A stretch of 64,000 bases of DNA, taken from the NCBI GenBank assembly GCA_024346625.1, contig AP024665.1, positions 1,984,001 to 2,048,000 on the forward strand, given 5' to 3'. Below, one piece after another: positions 32,964-46,237 of the stretch. The position numbers and the translations under genes were made by a program. This stretch comes from Williopsis jadinii (lineage: Eukaryota). Positions within the stretch are counted from its first letter, which is position 1. Each line of letters begins with the position of its first letter. A model generated the notes under the pieces. That model did not search any database, was not told the origin of the DNA, and saw only the letters and a list, made by a program, of their open reading frames with translations.

Positions 32964-35075
32964 TTATCCTTCAAGTTTCTGCTTCTTCCAAGCAAGGTAT
33001 GCAGCTGAGTTACCAGGTCTCACAACACCAGCGAGGCCTGAGCCGGGAATGGTTTCATTCACTTGACCATCCTCGTCTGCCTGGCCAAAATCTCCACAAA
33101 CGTTCACCACGGTTCTATTTGGAATCAGAACACCTGGTGTCTTGAACCATATCACTGGACCTTCGCTGTGTACATCAAGCCCTCCCAAGCGTCTCTTGTT
33201 ACTCATAACGTCCATCTTTAATACACCAGAGGTGGCAGTTTCAAGGGCGATTGGCACGGTAAATGTCGACGCCGTGGACACTGTGGTGAGAGAGGGGGTT
33301 GCATGGTAAACTGGAGCTGGTGGTTGGGGATGGCTGACAACATTTCTAGTGTAGTTACCCAGAGGAGTATTGAGGCTTGCGTCGTTCTCATCCATTGGTG
33401 GGTCATTTGGACGAATGATGTATTTAGGACAGTTTCTGGAACTCGCATACTGGCCCAAATCATCGGTTGGATCAACATCACGAAGGTAAACGGCACCGTG
33501 GAGTGGTGGTGCATTTGGTGCCCCAATGATTGGTTCAGGTATAGGCATATGGGGCGTTGCATTTGGTGGAAGCAAGTGTTTCAACGGGGATTCAATTTTC
33601 TTGAAACGACGTAGTGAAGGTAAAGGAGTGATTGGGTCCTCATGGTCACGGATTTCATCTGGCAAACATGCACGCCATGTACGGATCTTATTGAAGTTCT
33701 TATCATTGTCGTTGTAACGGTATTCACAGATGAACAATGGCCCCTCGTACGGGATTGCTGGATCACCACGTTGATAACGGGTGAAATACGCAACATAACA
33801 CTTACCCAAGATCTCATCTGCCAAGTGGTCACGGTATTGACCTGATTTGAACACTTCATTGTCGTAGAATAAACGATCAACTCTATGAACAGTCTGTTCC
33901 GGACGTAGATACCAACAAACATTGATCCAACGTTGTCCGTCCTGTGTCTGCCATATTCTAAATAGTTGGGCAACTATAGGCTTCTGAGCATCGTTTGGGT
34001 TATTGATCAAGATCCAATCTCCAATTTTGTAGAGCTTTCCACGAAGTTCTAATTGTTCCAGTGGTAATTTAAGAGAATCGTGTGAGATGAAATCAGAGTC
34101 TGGTTTCTTCATCTCAGCCTCCAAGAACTTGACAAACCACTTCTCCAACAGGAGTGTATTCTTATAGACAGTGGAGGATTCATCATTATAGTATTTGGCA
34201 TTGGCGATCATCAGTTTCATATCCTGGACAAAAGGCTCAACTTCCTTGTATTTTCTCTGCTTGATTTTCTTCTTAATCTCATCTAGAGATATTGGTTGCG
34301 TAATGCTCTTGTAGTAGTCCGGATAATCTCTTGGGTCTGGCAATCTTTCAAACAAAAGAGTGAGAGAATCACCTTCAACACCCTTTTCCCTTCTCAAGTT
34401 TCTCAAAACGTTCTTGATTCTCTGTTCATACGGTTTATCAATCACAGGAGGTCTACCTCTTTTGAAACTTTGCTCCTTATGTGTGTAGCGTTTCTTGACA
34501 ACCTCTTCCTCCTCCTCGTACTCCTCGTCGTGCATTGGCGTGGATCTGACAGACGCCCTCGAGACAGAACGTGGAGTAGTAGTAATAAGACGCATGGTCT
34601 GTTGATGCATCACTGGGGTAGGCGATGGCGTTGACTGTCTCTCCTTACCATAGTTGTATGGAAGCAGCACACCAGCACTGCCTTCCTCTATAGGAGACAG
34701 ATCTGGGTACCCAACATCGTATCCAGCACTGGCGAACTTGGGCATCACCCTGTTCTTGATGAAGTCGTCCAGGACCTGAGCATAACGACAAACAAAGGAC
34801 TCCTTCTCGTTATAGGTGCGCGCGTTCCACACGATCTGAACGAGGTCCTTGATGAACTCATTTGGGCTTTGGTAATGGTTCAGACGCTTCTTTATCGAGT
34901 TGAACGAGGTTGGCGCCTTGATAAAGGTATAGTAATCAGGGTAGTGCTTCTTGTCAGGAACAACGTTGAAGATGTACTGGATCGGTTCTCCTGACTCCGG
35001 GTCAGTGAGGTCAAAGAGCTCTTGATACAGTCCGCGAATCCTCTTCGTTAAGGTGACTTGCTCCTTCGTCGACAT
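32964..35075 (-). CDS. RSC2: RSC chromatin remodeller subunit Rsc1/Rsc2 (two bromodomains, AT-hook, BAH)
   Basis: Two YPDYY bromodomains, KRGRPP AT-hook and BAH domain WYLRPEQTVHRVDRLFY. Probably the single pre-duplication RSC1/RSC2 gene. Confidence 0.92.
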   Translation of the reverse strand: MSTKEQVTLTKRIRGLYQELFDLTDPESGEPIQYIFNVVPDKKHYPDYYTFIKAPTSFNSIKKRLNHYQSPNEFIKDLVQIVWNARTYNEKESFVCRYAQVLDDFIKNRVMPKFASAGYDVGYPDLSPIEEGSAGVLLPYNYGKERQSTPSPTPVMHQQTMRLITTTPRSVSRASVRSTPMHDEEYEEEEEVVKKRYTHKEQSFKRGRPPVIDKPYEQRIKNVLRNLRREKGVEGDSLTLLFERLPDPRDYPDYYKSITQPISLDEIKKKIKQRKYKEVEPFVQDMKLMIANAKYYNDESSTVYKNTLLLEKWFVKFLEAEMKKPDSDFISHDSLKLPLEQLELRGKLYKIGDWILINNPNDAQKPIVAQLFRIWQTQDGQRWINVCWYLRPEQTVHRVDRLFYDNEVFKSGQYRDHLADEILGKCYVAYFTRYQRGDPAIPYEGPLFICEYRYNDNDKNFNKIRTWRACLPDEIRDHEDPITPLPSLRRFKKIESPLKHLLPPNATPHMPIPEPIIGAPNAPPLHGAVYLRDVDPTDDLGQYASSRNCPKYIIRPNDPPMDENDASLNTPLGNYTRNVVSHPQPPAPVYHATPSLTTVSTASTFTVPIALETATSGVLKMDVMSNKRRLGGLDVHSEGPVIWFKTPGVLIPNRTVVNVCGDFGQADEDGQVNETIPGSGLAGVVRPGNSAAYLAWKKQKLEG

Positions 35076-35204
35076 CTTGTGGGAGCTCTGATGTGGCGTC
35101 TTTGTTGATGTTGATGTTGTCTTTGGAAGCTAAAACACGGCTTTTGTTTATGTTTTGTTTGTTTTCGAAGTTTTTGTGGAATGGATATGGTGTTTGGGTG
35201 TTTA

Positions 35205-35233
35205 GATGTCCGGATGTACAGGTGTCCGGATGT
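35205..35233. promoter_or_regulatory. Tandem Rap1-like sites upstream of RSC1/2
   Basis: GATGTCCGGATGT (35205) and GGTGTCCGGATGT (35221), i.e. ACATCCGGACAYC on the minus strand, resembling the Rap1 consensus, 130-160 bp above the ATG. Confidence 0.45.
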
Positions 35234-35586
35234 TTTCAACACTGTCTCCCCTGCTCATCTCTAACAAACAGTTCACTACAGCGTTGATTCAAAGAAATGA
35301 CCATACATATGTAAAAGAATAATTGAAAAGAAGTCGTCATAATAGAAAGCAGCCAGATCGATGCATTGTTCAGACGTTTTGTGAGGTATCACTTAGCGTG
35401 ATGCATTGGGTGAATTCCTCTATCATAAAGTCCCCCTTGGAAAGTCACACCCAATGGCATCAACGAATGGAGATCAACAAATAACACAAGTCCACCACAG
35501 AACACGAGACAACTGACCAACCCGACCAAGAAGGAGTAATAGTGTACAAAATGACCTCATCCCGTATGCAAATTCCCATACCAAAA

Positions 35587-38500
35587 TCAAGCCTTGGTAG
35601 ACCAAGTCGAGAGAGATGGAGTAGAGGTGTAGTAGTGCGATAGAGATGAGAAGGATGGACCAGTATCGTTGTTGCTCAAACCTCTTGGTTGAACCAAGTT
35701 GCTGAAGGCACCGGTCAATGAGGATCCCAAATCCTTGGAGACGTGACTTGAAGCAGCAGCAGGACCGGCAATACAAGCAACGAAGATGATCAAAACCAAC
35801 AAGTACAAGGACAGATACTTCTTGATCATACGCTTTCTCAACTTGGCTTGTTTCAAAGAGTAGATTGGTGGACGAATCTGTCTGGATGGCTTCAACCAGA
35901 ACAGCATCACAGAGTGCCATCTATCAATGAGTGGAACACAAACCAATGGGAACTGCACAAACAGGATAATGTGACCCAAGATAAAGTCAGCAGCAAATTC
36001 AGACAACTCAATCACCTTAGCAGCGAGTTCTCTGGATGGTTGGGTGAAAGCAGCCCAACCCATACCTTTACCATACCATTTACCGGTCCAGAAGGCAACG
36101 TTGGCATTATCGTTCTTGAACTCACGGGTCAAAAGCAAAGCAGTCATGAACTTGAAGATCACTCTTTGACAGTAGATACAAGTCACCATACCAAGCAACA
36201 TTCTAACAAAGTTGAATCCCTCAAGGACCCACATAACAATGAAGAAGATGATGTGCACAACAACTGCAACACCATGAGCAAATCCAGCCATGACAGAACC
36301 AGTCTTCTTACAACACATACCCAACATTGGACCAGCACAACAGGACATACCCAAACAGAAGAACAAGACACCCAAGTCAATGGCGATTGGTGCAAGTGTA
36401 CAAATAATCACACGGATGACGGAGTTCACGGTTTCAGCATCTTTAACACCAGTTTGAGCATTGATGAAAGTGAAGGCAATGAAGGCACCAGCAGCATAGA
36501 GCGTGGTTGGAATAACATCGGCAAACATAATGTTGGTACGGTGGGCTCTTGCAGAGTCACCAGCAGATTTCTCAGATTCAACACCCAAGACTTTTCTCTT
36601 GAAACCAGTGATACGAGATCTTGACATCTTGACGTAGCCAATCCAAGAGTTTCTATGCCATTTGTTGTTACCTCTTGTCAACCATCTGATGAAATCTCTG
36701 TAATCAATGAAGAAATCATCCCAAGCGAATTGATGTGGGTTGAAGATGAATGGAGCAAAGATCAAAGAAGACAAGGAAGCCCAGAACCACAGAAGAGCTG
36801 GTTGCCAATGAGCAATAGTAGCAAACAAAATCATAAGCATACATCTAGCACCCATGTAGATAGCAGAACCGGCAAATCTGGAGTACAAGACAGAGAATGG
36901 AATACGAGCAGTAGCGAAACCACGACCAGTAGAAATATAACGGGCACCACCAACAGACATATCAGTCAACAAGGAGGAAGAGTAAATCTGACCAACAAAC
37001 ACTTCGAACATTGGAGACAAAGACAACAAATGACGGAAGAATCTCTGAGTAGCTTTCCAAACACCACGCTCAATCAACTCTTGAACAACAATTGGAACAA
37101 AGGAAATGAAGAACACAATGAAAATAGACAAAGTGTAACGTCTGATCCAATCGATAGCAGGAGCAAAGTTGTAACAACCAATAGGGTACAAAATATCAGT
37201 GATTGGAGTGTTGACGTTGTATGAACACAAGATAGACTCATGAGCCAAAGAGTTCAAGTTAATCAAGGTCAAACAGAAGGCTTGTAAAGACAATTGAATG
37301 AACAAGTTGTTAATGTGGAAACCGGCATGCGCGTAGAAGAAAGAAAGGAATCTGTCAATTGGCAGTTGAGTACCCAAGTAGTAGTATTCACGAGACAACA
37401 TTTGTTCACCCATACCAGCACCAATCTTGGTTGTGAAATTCAAGATAGAACCGAAACCCAAATCTCTACCCTTACCACACTGGAAGTATTCAGAATGTTT
37501 GATACGACCACCACGGCACATAGCAGTCATACCAGCATAGATATCTTCGTTCAAATGCAAACCCTTTTGAGCCTTAGAGACACCACCTCTGGTGGTCATG
37601 AAAGTAGCGTTGATGAAATCAGGGTGACCATAATGGAGCTTACCACCAATTTGAGACAAAGTTCTGGCAAACAAAGTACCGAATGTTTGTTCCTTACCGG
37701 CAGCAACATCACCAAGAACACCAGAGTTCTCAGAGAAAATGTACTCTCTAGCACCGACAATAGCAACAGGGTGGTTGGTAACTTGTTCCTCAAATCTCAA
37801 ATCTGGAGCATATGGGTTGACTTGTTCAATGTTCAATTCCTCAAATTCAGCCAAGACAGATCTAACCTTCAAACACTCTTCCAAGTAGTTATCTTGATTA
37901 GCATCAATCAACTGGATGTACTCACCACGGTAGAAGATCAAAGCATGGTTCTGGTTATCAGACTTACCATCACCAAGAATTGGGTTACCAGACAATTGCA
38001 CTCTGAACTTTGGTCTACGACGACCATTCTCAAGGATTTCACAATGTCCATCAATAAGTGCAGAGTAGATTCTTGGTTCTTCACCCTCGTTGAGAGGAGG
38101 CTCTTCGTCCAAGTAGGCAATTTGCAAATCAGGGTAGGCTCTAAGCAAGAATTCAGCATTCTCCAATTCTTCAGGCTTGAACTTGGTCAATCTTTGCATA
38201 GAAACAACAAACTTGAATTTTCTTCTAGCCATCTTTTCCAATTCTCTCTCCAAACCTTCGGCATTACCACCAAACATTTGAACAATTTCTGGGTTCTCAA
38301 CTCTGTACAACAACTTGATAGCACGGGCGTAGTTCATGAAACCGGAAACAGTACGATACAAGGTCTGAGATCTCAGAGAAGCCCAGATACGAGTACGCAA
38401 GGTGTATTCTGGAGCAGCAGATTTGAAACCAATACAATAGAATGGCAGATCATCAATCTTGGACTTCAAGACGTTCTCATCCTTCTCCTCTTCACCATTG

Positions 38501-41301
38501 TTCTCATAAGCATCAGTCTCCTCAGCCAAAATCTTGGTATCCTTGACGAAACAGTCCCATTCAACTGGGTGCAACTGTTTCAAGTACTCCAACAATGTAA
38601 CACGAGAGAATTGATCATCTTCTCTGATAATTTCTCTCAAAGACAAAAGAATCTTTTCAGAGTAATGTGGTGTAAGAACAGTGAAAGTTGGCATGTTATC
38701 AACAGGCAATGGCTCCGGAATTGGGGTAGCCAAGGACTGAGCAAAGAAAGAGATACGACGTTCAGCTTCAGAGTTTCTTGGGAAGAACTCAGTCTCAAAG
38801 TTGTTGTCATCTTGAGATACAAAGAAAGTTGGTGCTCTCAAAGTTCTCTTGCCTTCAATCTCAGAAGGAACTTGGTGGTACAGCAATTTCTGAACGTGGT
38901 CAATGGCAAGCAAGTGTTCTCTGTACATAGAAATGATAATCGCATTCCAAACCTGAGAAATCAAGACCTTTGGCTTGTACTTAATCTCCATATCAGTGGT
39001 TGCCAACACCTTAGAGTAGATTCTCTTTGGCAATCTGGTGAAGATATTTCTCCATGGGGTCAAAATAGAAATACCCAAGTAGAAGGAACGACCGACAGAG
39101 TAAACACAGTTACAGACAATGTACCACAAGTAGGTATCCAAGAAGAACAAGACCAAGTCATTGAAGTACATCAAACCCAAAGTAATACGGGCTTGTTCCT
39201 TACAAAGAGTGTTTCCCCACCAGAATTCACCAGTACATCTCATATCAGTAGTGGACAAAATTCTAATTGGATCTCTCATAGACAGAATCAAGAAGAAGTA
39301 AGACTCTGAAAGCTTAGCACCAAAGACTGTTGCCCACAATAGGTAAGACATCCACATATCAAGCCCTTGCAGTGAATAGAAGGACGCCGTGAATGTCTGA
39401 GAAGCAACATACTTTCTGTTGTTGGAACCCATGTAAGATGTGAACAAACCACCCAATGGCATGATGGAGAAGAAGATCACCGTAACAACAGACACAAAGA
39501 ACATCACAATGGAAACCACCAAAGCCGCCTTCGAGTAGACAGTGATTGGATCATAGGCAAAGACAAATATGATAGGACCTAAGTTGACAGCAAAGATGAG
39601 AATAAGGAACCAGAAACGACGCGACAAATGTTGAGCACCAGCCCATTTTCTTGGGACAAAGAACCATTCACAAATGGTAGCACACAACTGGAGGAAAGTA
39701 GCAAAAGTACCAGCCAAAGCTGCAGAAGCCCATCTGTAGGCAGCCAGAGGTTGATTGTTCACCAATTGTTGGTAGTTGTGAGTGTACAAAGTAGGAGAGT
39801 TATAAGCCATATAGTACCAGTAGAAAGAACCATGGATAACCCAGATACGGTTAAAGTTGGTAATCAAATGGAACCAAGTTCTGATTTCCTTATAGGTCTT
39901 GAAGAACACCATGTCCCAGGCAACTTCACCTAATCTGACATAACGGTCTTCTGGGGCAAGGTCAACTAATCTTGAACCATCCTCAAAGACAATCTTGGCA
40001 ATACCTTCTGGGTACCAGAACAATTGATTAACATCATCATAACCAATGATCTTGTTGTGGTCACGTTCACGCTTGACGTAACGACCATCGACGATTTCAT
40101 AGACTTGAGCTCTAATGAAACGGTACAATGGGGTGATGACTCTGTTCAAATAGTCACCTTCTGGAACTGGCTCAGCACGTTGCTGACAAGCTGGGGAGTC
40201 GAGGTAATCCAATGAACACTTGAAGATGAAACAGAGACACTCTGGAGTGAATCTCACTTGATTAGCCTCACCCCAACAGAGCAAGTAGAGGGCGATTTGA
40301 CGAACACGCTCCAATGGAGTGAGCTTGTTCATCTTTGCCTTCCATCTGTAGTCAGCGGCCTGTAAAGAGTTATCACCTTCCAAGGCGTTCAAAGTCTCCT
40401 CAGTGTTTTCAGCACCTATTTCTTCAACAGCCTTCTTAGTCTTCTTGGACTTCTTCTTCGCTTTTCTAGCCTTTCTTGAGAGCTTACCCAAGTTCATGTT
40501 TCTGAAACCAATATCGTCATCCAAGTCGAGTTGGGCAGCAAAGTACCACTTCTTGTAGTTGGCAGTGTCACCACCAATGTAATCAGCGTGTAAAGAGAGC
40601 AAGGCCTGTGCTGGTGACATTCTGGAAGATCTGGAGTCCAACAAGGTCATGAAATGGTCAAACATGTTTCTCATGGAATCTCTTTGGAAACCGAATCTGT
40701 TAGTCAAATCGATAAACACATCTTCAATTTGCTCAATAGACACTGGTGCTTGTTGATCAGCAGTCCAAGCTGGATATGGCTCGTTTGGCAAAGCAACGGC
40801 AATTTGTGAAGGATCAAATACTCCTTGAGAGCCGTAGATTGGTGTGGATGCACCAGAGGATCTACCACCCGCGTAACTCATCTGAGATGGTGTGTACTGG
40901 GTGCCGTAGTCATAACCAGGGGTACCTGGAGGGTTTGGACCACCGTATGAGAAGTCAGAAAAGTTCCCATCGTTGTCAGCAACGCCTCTTGGCTGGTCGT
41001 AGTAACCCTGGCTATCGTAACCTTGGTTGTAATAAGAGCCATCATTTTGTGGGTCGTAGTACTCACCTTGGTTCAAGCCCTCCTGAGAGGCATGGTAACC
41101 TTCGTTACCGTAGTAAGGGTCCTGATGGTTAGCACTGTCGTACTGGTACTGATCGCCATACTGTTGGTCGTTGTACTGTTGATCGTTGTACTGTTGATCG
41201 TGGTACTGTTGGTCATTGTACTGCTGATCGTTGTACTGGTCATTACCTTGATCTTGACCTTGGTATTGGTCGTTGTAGTTGTAGTTGTTGTTGTTAGACA
41301 T
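35587..41301 (-). CDS. FKS1: 1,3-beta-glucan synthase catalytic subunit
   Basis: 1904 aa with [46 protein letters not shown]1 [11 protein letters not shown]2 DWIRRYTL and N-terminal NDQQY repeats. Confidence 0.98.
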   Translation of the reverse strand: MSNNNNYNYNDQYQGQDQGNDQYNDQQYNDQQYHDQQYNDQQYNDQQYGDQYQYDSANHQDPYYGNEGYHASQEGLNQGEYYDPQNDGSYYNQGYDSQGYYDQPRGVADNDGNFSDFSYGGPNPPGTPGYDYGTQYTPSQMSYAGGRSSGASTPIYGSQGVFDPSQIAVALPNEPYPAWTADQQAPVSIEQIEDVFIDLTNRFGFQRDSMRNMFDHFMTLLDSRSSRMSPAQALLSLHADYIGGDTANYKKWYFAAQLDLDDDIGFRNMNLGKLSRKARKAKKKSKKTKKAVEEIGAENTEETLNALEGDNSLQAADYRWKAKMNKLTPLERVRQIALYLLCWGEANQVRFTPECLCFIFKCSLDYLDSPACQQRAEPVPEGDYLNRVITPLYRFIRAQVYEIVDGRYVKRERDHNKIIGYDDVNQLFWYPEGIAKIVFEDGSRLVDLAPEDRYVRLGEVAWDMVFFKTYKEIRTWFHLITNFNRIWVIHGSFYWYYMAYNSPTLYTHNYQQLVNNQPLAAYRWASAALAGTFATFLQLCATICEWFFVPRKWAGAQHLSRRFWFLILIFAVNLGPIIFVFAYDPITVYSKAALVVSIVMFFVSVVTVIFFSIMPLGGLFTSYMGSNNRKYVASQTFTASFYSLQGLDMWMSYLLWATVFGAKLSESYFFLILSMRDPIRILSTTDMRCTGEFWWGNTLCKEQARITLGLMYFNDLVLFFLDTYLWYIVCNCVYSVGRSFYLGISILTPWRNIFTRLPKRIYSKVLATTDMEIKYKPKVLISQVWNAIIISMYREHLLAIDHVQKLLYHQVPSEIEGKRTLRAPTFFVSQDDNNFETEFFPRNSEAERRISFFAQSLATPIPEPLPVDNMPTFTVLTPHYSEKILLSLREIIREDDQFSRVTLLEYLKQLHPVEWDCFVKDTKILAEETDAYENNGEEEKDENVLKSKIDDLPFYCIGFKSAAPEYTLRTRIWASLRSQTLYRTVSGFMNYARAIKLLYRVENPEIVQMFGGNAEGLERELEKMARRKFKFVVSMQRLTKFKPEELENAEFLLRAYPDLQIAYLDEEPPLNEGEEPRIYSALIDGHCEILENGRRRPKFRVQLSGNPILGDGKSDNQNHALIFYRGEYIQLIDANQDNYLEECLKVRSVLAEFEELNIEQVNPYAPDLRFEEQVTNHPVAIVGAREYIFSENSGVLGDVAAGKEQTFGTLFARTLSQIGGKLHYGHPDFINATFMTTRGGVSKAQKGLHLNEDIYAGMTAMCRGGRIKHSEYFQCGKGRDLGFGSILNFTTKIGAGMGEQMLSREYYYLGTQLPIDRFLSFFYAHAGFHINNLFIQLSLQAFCLTLINLNSLAHESILCSYNVNTPITDILYPIGCYNFAPAIDWIRRYTLSIFIVFFISFVPIVVQELIERGVWKATQRFFRHLLSLSPMFEVFVGQIYSSSLLTDMSVGGARYISTGRGFATARIPFSVLYSRFAGSAIYMGARCMLMILFATIAHWQPALLWFWASLSSLIFAPFIFNPHQFAWDDFFIDYRDFIRWLTRGNNKWHRNSWIGYVKMSRSRITGFKRKVLGVESEKSAGDSARAHRTNIMFADVIPTTLYAAGAFIAFTFINAQTGVKDAETVNSVIRVIICTLAPIAIDLGVLFFCLGMSCCAGPMLGMCCKKTGSVMAGFAHGVAVVVHIIFFIVMWVLEGFNFVRMLLGMVTCIYCQRVIFKFMTALLLTREFKNDNANVAFWTGKWYGKGMGWAAFTQPSRELAAKVIELSEFAADFILGHIILFVQFPLVCVPLIDRWHSVMLFWLKPSRQIRPPIYSLKQAKLRKRMIKKYLSLYLLVLIIFVACIAGPAAASSHVSKDLGSSLTGAFSNLVQPRGLSNNDTGPSFSSLSHYYTSTPSLSTWSTKA

Positions 41302-44244
41302 GGCCGGACACGTTATAGTCTAAATCACGCTTAAAGGATCACCGAGGCAACAAATACACCGGGTCGTGAAAATATCGAACCAAATCAAAAACTGAAGCTC
41401 AAGCAGTAGAAACGCGTTTACGGGAGACCGAAAAAGGGTTCTATGAGTGAATGTGTTAGTTGAGTTGAACCAGAGCAGAGAAACAGGTTGCGTGGGGACG
41501 AAGATCAACTTACTTTCCGGATCAAAACGTTGCTCTGTTTCTGGAAGTGGATTCTCGGCAGGACGATGGAATCAGTGTATACCCTTCAAAGCAAACTTCT
41601 CCGTGAACAAGCTGGGGGAGCGATTCAGGAAAAGATCGATGTATATCAGCGATAGCAAAAGAACACACACGCAGATCAAATCAAGTTCTCTGGTACTTTC
41701 CGGCTCTTCTTTGTTGCAACTTTCAAGTGTAAATAAACAATGGAAAGGGCGAAGCAAACAAGAAGGAAAAAGATGCACACACACAAACACTTCGTGAGCA
41801 GCAAGCAGGATGAACTGAGAATAAAAACACCAAGCAGTTGATTGAACGAAAGTTGATTCCGTGTTTGAATAAATCTCCACTTGGGTTGTTCTTAAAGGGC
41901 GTTGTTGAGGACAAATGAATGGAAAAGAAAAGGAAAGAAAGAGAGAGAGAGAGGAATTGATTCCAGTTAAACGTCTGTGAACGTACTAAGGGGATCGAAA
42001 TCAAGGGAAGCGAAAAAAAGCGACCTCATTAGGGACTTGATGGGTCTAAGAGACCGAAAAAAAGAAAATTACGCGTGTAAAAGTTGCAGGAAGCTAAGCC
42101 GAAAGCAAGAAATAGACTTTGTTGGCTTTCCCTTTGCGGAGTTGTGCACGAATTTCGCTGAGTTGCGCGAAGTTTTTGGGACTTTCGAGACCTTTTCCCT
42201 TGATTTTCGCCTTGAAACGCGGTTCTAAAAAATTTTTTGTTCGCTCATGGGACTCGCGAATGTTCATTTTTTCTTTTTCACGCGCGCTTTTTTCCTCAAG
42301 ATTCACCTCTCGGGCGATATTCTCTGGGAGTTTTTTTGCGTTTTCAAAAGTGCATTGCCGGAATAGGCGCAATTTTTGGATCCTTTGCATTCTTCACTTC
42401 CATTTTTGGAAAGGAGTAGGGCTTTTTTGCATGCATTTGACGTCACCTATTTTTAGAACCACTGGTGTCTCGACCTTCAACTCTCGGCTACTCTGCTCTC
42501 ATTCTGCTTATGATTTCTTTTTGCACGAAAGACGTTGTCGCGTACTCTTGAAACAAGTTTGATCCAGGCACCACACAGCCAGAGAATGCCTGCTATTCAC
42601 AGCATTCTATAGATCAGCTCTATGAACCTTCGCACCAGTTGTTAAGCAGTTTCGATAAGAGATAAATACCTCTCTGTTTGTAACGCAGCCTAATTGCCAA
42701 GTTCCACGGATTAACACCTATGTAAATTTACAAGCACAGAGTAGCACAGCTCGTGGGCCAATGACTGCTTGACTATGGGCGTTGGCTAAAGCTCGTCCAA
42801 GGCTGTGTTCGGCGTGCAACCCGTTGTTTGTTCGACGTCCTCTGCAATTTGAACGCGGGCATACTACCTGGTCCAGTATGTATTGCTGCTGCTGGTATGG
42901 CTTATTGGAAGTCCCTCTCCCTTCCCGTGCTGGGGATGACAGTGCACTCAGCTCAACGCGAAAAACAATGCAGGGCTGATAAGCTTCTCGTTGCTATAAG
43001 TCAATTCAAGAATTCAGCTACAATCTAGCACGCATCGGCAATCGGAAAGATTGCTCTCCAACCTCAAGCGACCCGTGTCAACAAAAACACACAACAAAGG
43101 GAAACCCCTTTCGAGTGGATGTTGTCGAGTCTTCCGTCCTCACTCCATGTTTTGCTGGCCTGCAACAAACATTTGTAACTTTACGCGTTTTGTACTTTCA
43201 ACATACACAACGTTTCCCAGTCGGCAGAGTATTGGCCTATCCATTGATTTTGGGGGACCTACGCTACACTGAACAACAGCTGAAGACGACAGCTGTTAAA
43301 TCGGCCTCCATACAACACACAATGGGCCTTATGGCATGATAATTTGGTGAATTCCGATGCAAGAGCCTACGCGTAAACTCTCTTCGAAAATTTCCTGGAC
43401 CCACTGCGATGGTTGTATTTGTAAGACGTTGTGAGGTCAGTCGACGCACCGCTACGTACACAGCAGGACTGCAGAATGGTTTAGTCTCTGAGGGCCGGGC
43501 GACATGCCAAACGAGATCCACCCGAGCGCTGGCCCACGGATGTTGCAACTCATAAACTCGCCACATTACACCGTCTCAGCTGGTTCTCATAGCGAGCTCA
43601 TCCTCCAGCTGCTGGGCCCATCCACCATGGGGAGAACACCCACACATACACCCACACACAGCACTTTGCCCAGAAGCCGAGTCTCGCCCGACAACATCCG
43701 GACACCAATGCTGCAACGGTAGGCGCAGCAGCATTCGGTCTGACTTTTTTTCGGCCCTCGGTTTTCGGTTTTCGCCCATCGCAGTTCGCAATTCGCAGTT
43801 CGCAATTCGCGGGAAACGTCGCTGGATTGGCGACTTTTTCGTTGTGTTTTTTTTGTGGATTTTGGTTGGCGAAAAACGTCGGCATTGGTCTTCGAACACT
43901 CTTGAGCGAACCACCTGCAAACACTCTCAGCAATTCTCTTTTGATCATCGGAAAGCGATAGAAGAAGAGGCAGACACACACAGGTTTTGATCTTCTCATC
44001 GTTTATTGTACGCTATTTCTATACCTTGATCCATATTCCGATCATCTCTGTTTTTGGTATCAGCTACATCACTGTCCCATCTTGAAGTTTGCAGAGAGAC
44101 ATAAAGAGACAGACATTAATAGCGAGACATAAAGCGACAGAGGGCCCGTTAGCACATCATAAGCCATCTCACCGTCGGACACTCGTACAAAGTTACACGC
44201 TAATACACCCAGGCATCTCCCCATACACCGTTGATCAATAGATA

Positions 44245-46119
44245 ATGGCCACTGCATTGACGCAACTCTACTACCGAGCACCAAAGCTTGTGGGTCTCAT
44301 AGACGCTGCTCCGTCGTATACTGAAGTCCAGGGCATCGAGAAACTGTCCCATGACGTTCGCCAGGCGCTGTATTCTCCAAATGGCCAATACTTTGCCTTC
44401 ACTCAACCTTCAGGCGTGACGATTCTCAACCCAGAAGATGGCTCCGTTGTGTCTAAGCTTGACATTCAAGATCCATTTGATTTGCATTTCTCTCCAAAGG
44501 GCTCGTATCTCTGTATCTGGCAGAGACCTGTCAAGAGCGAAGACGGCAGTGGAAACTACGCCGACAATGTTAACATCTACAACGTCAAGGCCGGCTCCAT
44601 AGCCGTCAAGTACTTGGCCAGAGATCAATCTGGCTGGGCACCTTCGTTCACATCGGATGAAACTGTTCTTGCAAAGCTCTTCAAGAACGAGATCAGATTC
44701 TACGAGGTCAACAACTGCTCGAACTTGTCAAGAGCATGGTCAGTTCTCAAGATAGATAACGTTGCATCTTTCCAAATGTCTCCAGGAAAGAACCCTACAA
44801 TTGCAACTTTTGTCCCAGAGAAGCAAGGTAAGCCAGCCAACGTCTCTGTCTGGAACATCTCAACGAAGATCACGCAACCTGTCTCATCTAAAACGTTCTT
44901 CAAAGCCGAGAGATGCTCTTTGAAGTGGAACTCGTTGGGTACTGCACTATTGGCCCTGGCCTCTACCGATGTCGATGCATCAAACCAATCTTACTATGGT
45001 GAGACGACGCTTTACCTCTTGGGTATTGCAGGCTCTTATGATTCCCGTATCACCCTAGACAGAGAGGGTCCTATTCACGATATCACTTGGTCCCCAACTG
45101 CCCGTGAATTCGGTGTCGTCTATGGTTATATGCCAGCTCAAACGTCTTTCTTTGATGCCAGAGGTAATCTAATCTACTCGTTGCCTCCTGCACCAAGAAA
45201 CACCGTCCAGTTCTCTCCTCATGCGAAGTACATTCTCGTAGCAGGATTTGGTAACCTACAAGGAACAGTGGACATCTATGATCGGACTCAAAAGTTTGCC
45301 AAAGTGGCCTCCTTCGATGCTCCAAACACCTCAGTGTGTCAATGGAGTCCTGATGGACGATTCATCCTGACTGCTACCACTTCTCCAAGATTGAGGGTTG
45401 ATAACAGCATCAAGATTTGGTACGCATCTGGCAAACTTGTCTACTTCAAAGAGTTCAAAGAGGTGAACTCTGTCAATTGGCGTCCTCGTCCATTGGACTT
45501 GTTCCCACCTTTGAGAGGTCTTGATGAGAACCCAGCTCCACATCAGTCTGCCATTGACTACGTGCTGTCACACCCTAAGTCATCCGCAGAGGTTTCCTCA
45601 AAGCCAAAGGGTGCTTACAGACCACCACGTGCCAGAGCAAATGGTGCAAGCAGTGCAGCTCCACAGACTTTGTACCAGAGAGAGCTGAGTGCCAACCTCA
45701 GCAATGTGTCTCTAGGTGGGAACTCTGGTGCACCGGTAGGCTTCAAGCCACCAGGTATTAGAACTCCAAAGTTACCACCTGGATTCACGCCTCCAGCTGA
45801 GAAGGAGAGCAAGTCTGCTGCCAAAAACAGAAAGAAGAGAGAGAACAAGAAGGCAGCCAAGGATGATGAGTCTGTTGCCGGTTCTGAACAACAGCAGCCA
45901 TCACAACAAGCTGCTACTGCACCAGAACCGTTGATTGCTGGTGGTGTTCAGAGCATCGAAGACAAAAAGATTAGAAGCTTGCTGAAGAAGCTTAGGGCCA
46001 TCGAACAGCTGAAGCTGAAGCAAGCCAATGCTGAGCCTCTGGAAGAGACTCAGGTTCTCAAGATTGAAACTGAAGGTAAAGTCAGGGCCGAATTGGCTCA
46101 GCTAGGCTGGACTGAATGA
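44245..46119 (+). CDS. Translation initiation factor eIF2A
   Basis: Beta-propeller with SYYGETTLYL, GFGNLQG and TATTSPRLRVDN, and C-terminal KKIRSLLKKLRAIEQLK. Equivalent to YGR054W. Confidence 0.93.
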   Translation: MATALTQLYYRAPKLVGLIDAAPSYTEVQGIEKLSHDVRQALYSPNGQYFAFTQPSGVTILNPEDGSVVSKLDIQDPFDLHFSPKGSYLCIWQRPVKSEDGSGNYADNVNIYNVKAGSIAVKYLARDQSGWAPSFTSDETVLAKLFKNEIRFYEVNNCSNLSRAWSVLKIDNVASFQMSPGKNPTIATFVPEKQGKPANVSVWNISTKITQPVSSKTFFKAERCSLKWNSLGTALLALASTDVDASNQSYYGETTLYLLGIAGSYDSRITLDREGPIHDITWSPTAREFGVVYGYMPAQTSFFDARGNLIYSLPPAPRNTVQFSPHAKYILVAGFGNLQGTVDIYDRTQKFAKVASFDAPNTSVCQWSPDGRFILTATTSPRLRVDNSIKIWYASGKLVYFKEFKEVNSVNWRPRPLDLFPPLRGLDENPAPHQSAIDYVLSHPKSSAEVSSKPKGAYRPPRARANGASSAAPQTLYQRELSANLSNVSLGGNSGAPVGFKPPGIRTPKLPPGFTPPAEKESKSAAKNRKKRENKKAAKDDESVAGSEQQQPSQQAATAPEPLIAGGVQSIEDKKIRSLLKKLRAIEQLKLKQANAEPLEETQVLKIETEGKVRAELAQLGWTE

Positions 46120-46237
46120 GCCTACAGATCTCCTTGTTATGAGTTACACCTATTGATAATAATACACGTCATACAGTTCCATCCATTTTCTATTCGACTA
46201 CGTCTTGTAAGGTGAAGCTGAGAGTCATTTGTCATTT

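Noticed and set aside
37294..39309. 671-aa plus-strand ORF, plus 35848-36624 and 36655-37224
   Set aside because: Antisense shadows of the strongly codon-biased FKS1 gene, with no protein motifs.
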